Origin: Camelus dromedarius | Taxonomy: Eukaryota | DNA: 64,000 bases | NCBI RefSeq assembly: GCF_036321535.1 | Contig: NC_087437.1 | Span: 67,272,001 to 67,336,000, forward strand | Reading direction: 5' to 3' | Shown here: positions 63,086 through 64,000 of the stretch, in pieces | How the letters are laid out: each line of letters opens with the position of its first letter | Numbering within the stretch: position 1 is the first letter of the stretch | Notes under the pieces: model-generated | The model's input: only the letters and a program-made list of their open reading frames with translations | Told to the model about the DNA's origin: nothing | Database searches by the model: none | Made by a program: the position numbers and the translations under genes

Positions 63086-63728
63086 CTGCCAAGATGCAGT
63101 AGAAGGAATAGGAGCAACAGTAATTATTTGTTCAACTGTTTTGTCTTTTTGCTTGAGGCAGGATTTTGATTCCTAAGAATTTGTCAGACCTTAGGAATAA
63201 AAACATTCTTTTAGGTGGATCTTGCTGAATAATACAGAGTTACCTTTTATTAATGATATTAAAATATATCAGATCTCAATATGGTCACTTTGATTTTACT
63301 TCTGGCAATATCTGCCCACCTACTCCCTGTCCTCAAACCTGGAGAGTTTATCCTAACACAAGAATCGATCTTCTTTTATTTTTATTATTCTACTCTTATT
63401 AAGAGATTTTGGATACAAAGAGAACTTTAAGAATTCTCTTTCAAGTAGCAGAGTTGGGGCTTGAACTTGGGTGTAGCCAATGTTGAAGACCATGCTCTTA
63501 ACCATTATCCATTTCTTTCTCCCAGTGAGATGACTATTATTCAGACTCCTTAGATTTTAGAGCTAGAAGTTGAAGCTTTTTTTCACTGGATATTAGTAAA
63601 AACAAAACTAAACAACATTATATGAATATGTATACTTACAAAACTCTTTATGTAATTTTATGGTGATAGTGACACACATAAACGTCAAATGCAGAGGTTC
63701 TTTCCCTCCACCTCCTACTAAGATAGAA

Positions 63729-63782
63729 TGTGTGTGTGTGTGAGAGAGAGAGACAGAGAGAGACAGAGAGAGAGAGACAGAG
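63729..63782. repeat. Compound (TG)n(GA/GACA)n microsatellite
   Basis: tgtgtgtg..gagagagagacagagag. Confidence 0.95.
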
Positions 63783-64000
63783 AATTAGGTAGTACTTCAC
63801 TTCACCTGGTGGAAGTTTTGAAAAATAATTAACATTTTGTTTGTAAAAGTGCAATTAGATTTTTTTTAATGAAGCAGAGATTTGCTTAAAGCTGAACTTC
63901 TTTTTATCATTTTTCTAAGTATACTTAGTATGAAAGCAAGTGAGCTTAATTTTGTGGAATCTCAAGATCTGGGGTCTTGTCTGGCTAACCCACCCAGTGG

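Noticed and set aside
1..64000. CRISPR array, rRNA, operon or CpG-island promoter
   Set aside because: No repeat-spacer array, prokaryotic gene structure or extended CpG-rich region was seen.

Overview
Mammalian genomic DNA that is AT-rich, CpG-depleted and dominated by interspersed repeats. It is most likely camelid, judged from two Vic-1-type tRNA-derived SINEs and young camelid-type L1 3' tails (recognised from memory, not searched). I cannot recognise any intact, named protein-coding gene; most ORF-track entries are sense or antisense readings of fossil transposons. Main contents: (i) an ancient two-LTR ERV-L provirus at ~0.87-7.25 kb with gag, RT, integrase and dUTPase remnants and a nested MLT2; (ii) a TSD-bounded, internally deleted L1MD-type LINE at 19575-24164 within an L1 cluster running to ~29 kb; (iii) a repeat-poor, enhancer-like block at ~29.5-34.9 kb; (iv) an end-to-end Tigger1 at 42053-45114 split by a young L1; (v) a near full-length minus-strand L1 at ~49.9-55.9 kb carrying a SINE; (vi) a young L1 with an apparent 3' transduction at 57090-57662. 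The least explained parts are three minus-strand exon-like segments at 61-63 kb that splice into a 98-aa ORF, a degenerate coding-like interval at 48-49.9 kb, and a GC-richer foreign segment inside a hAT fossil at 39.7-40.1 kb. Subfamily names are by eye, and boundaries without TSDs are approximate.
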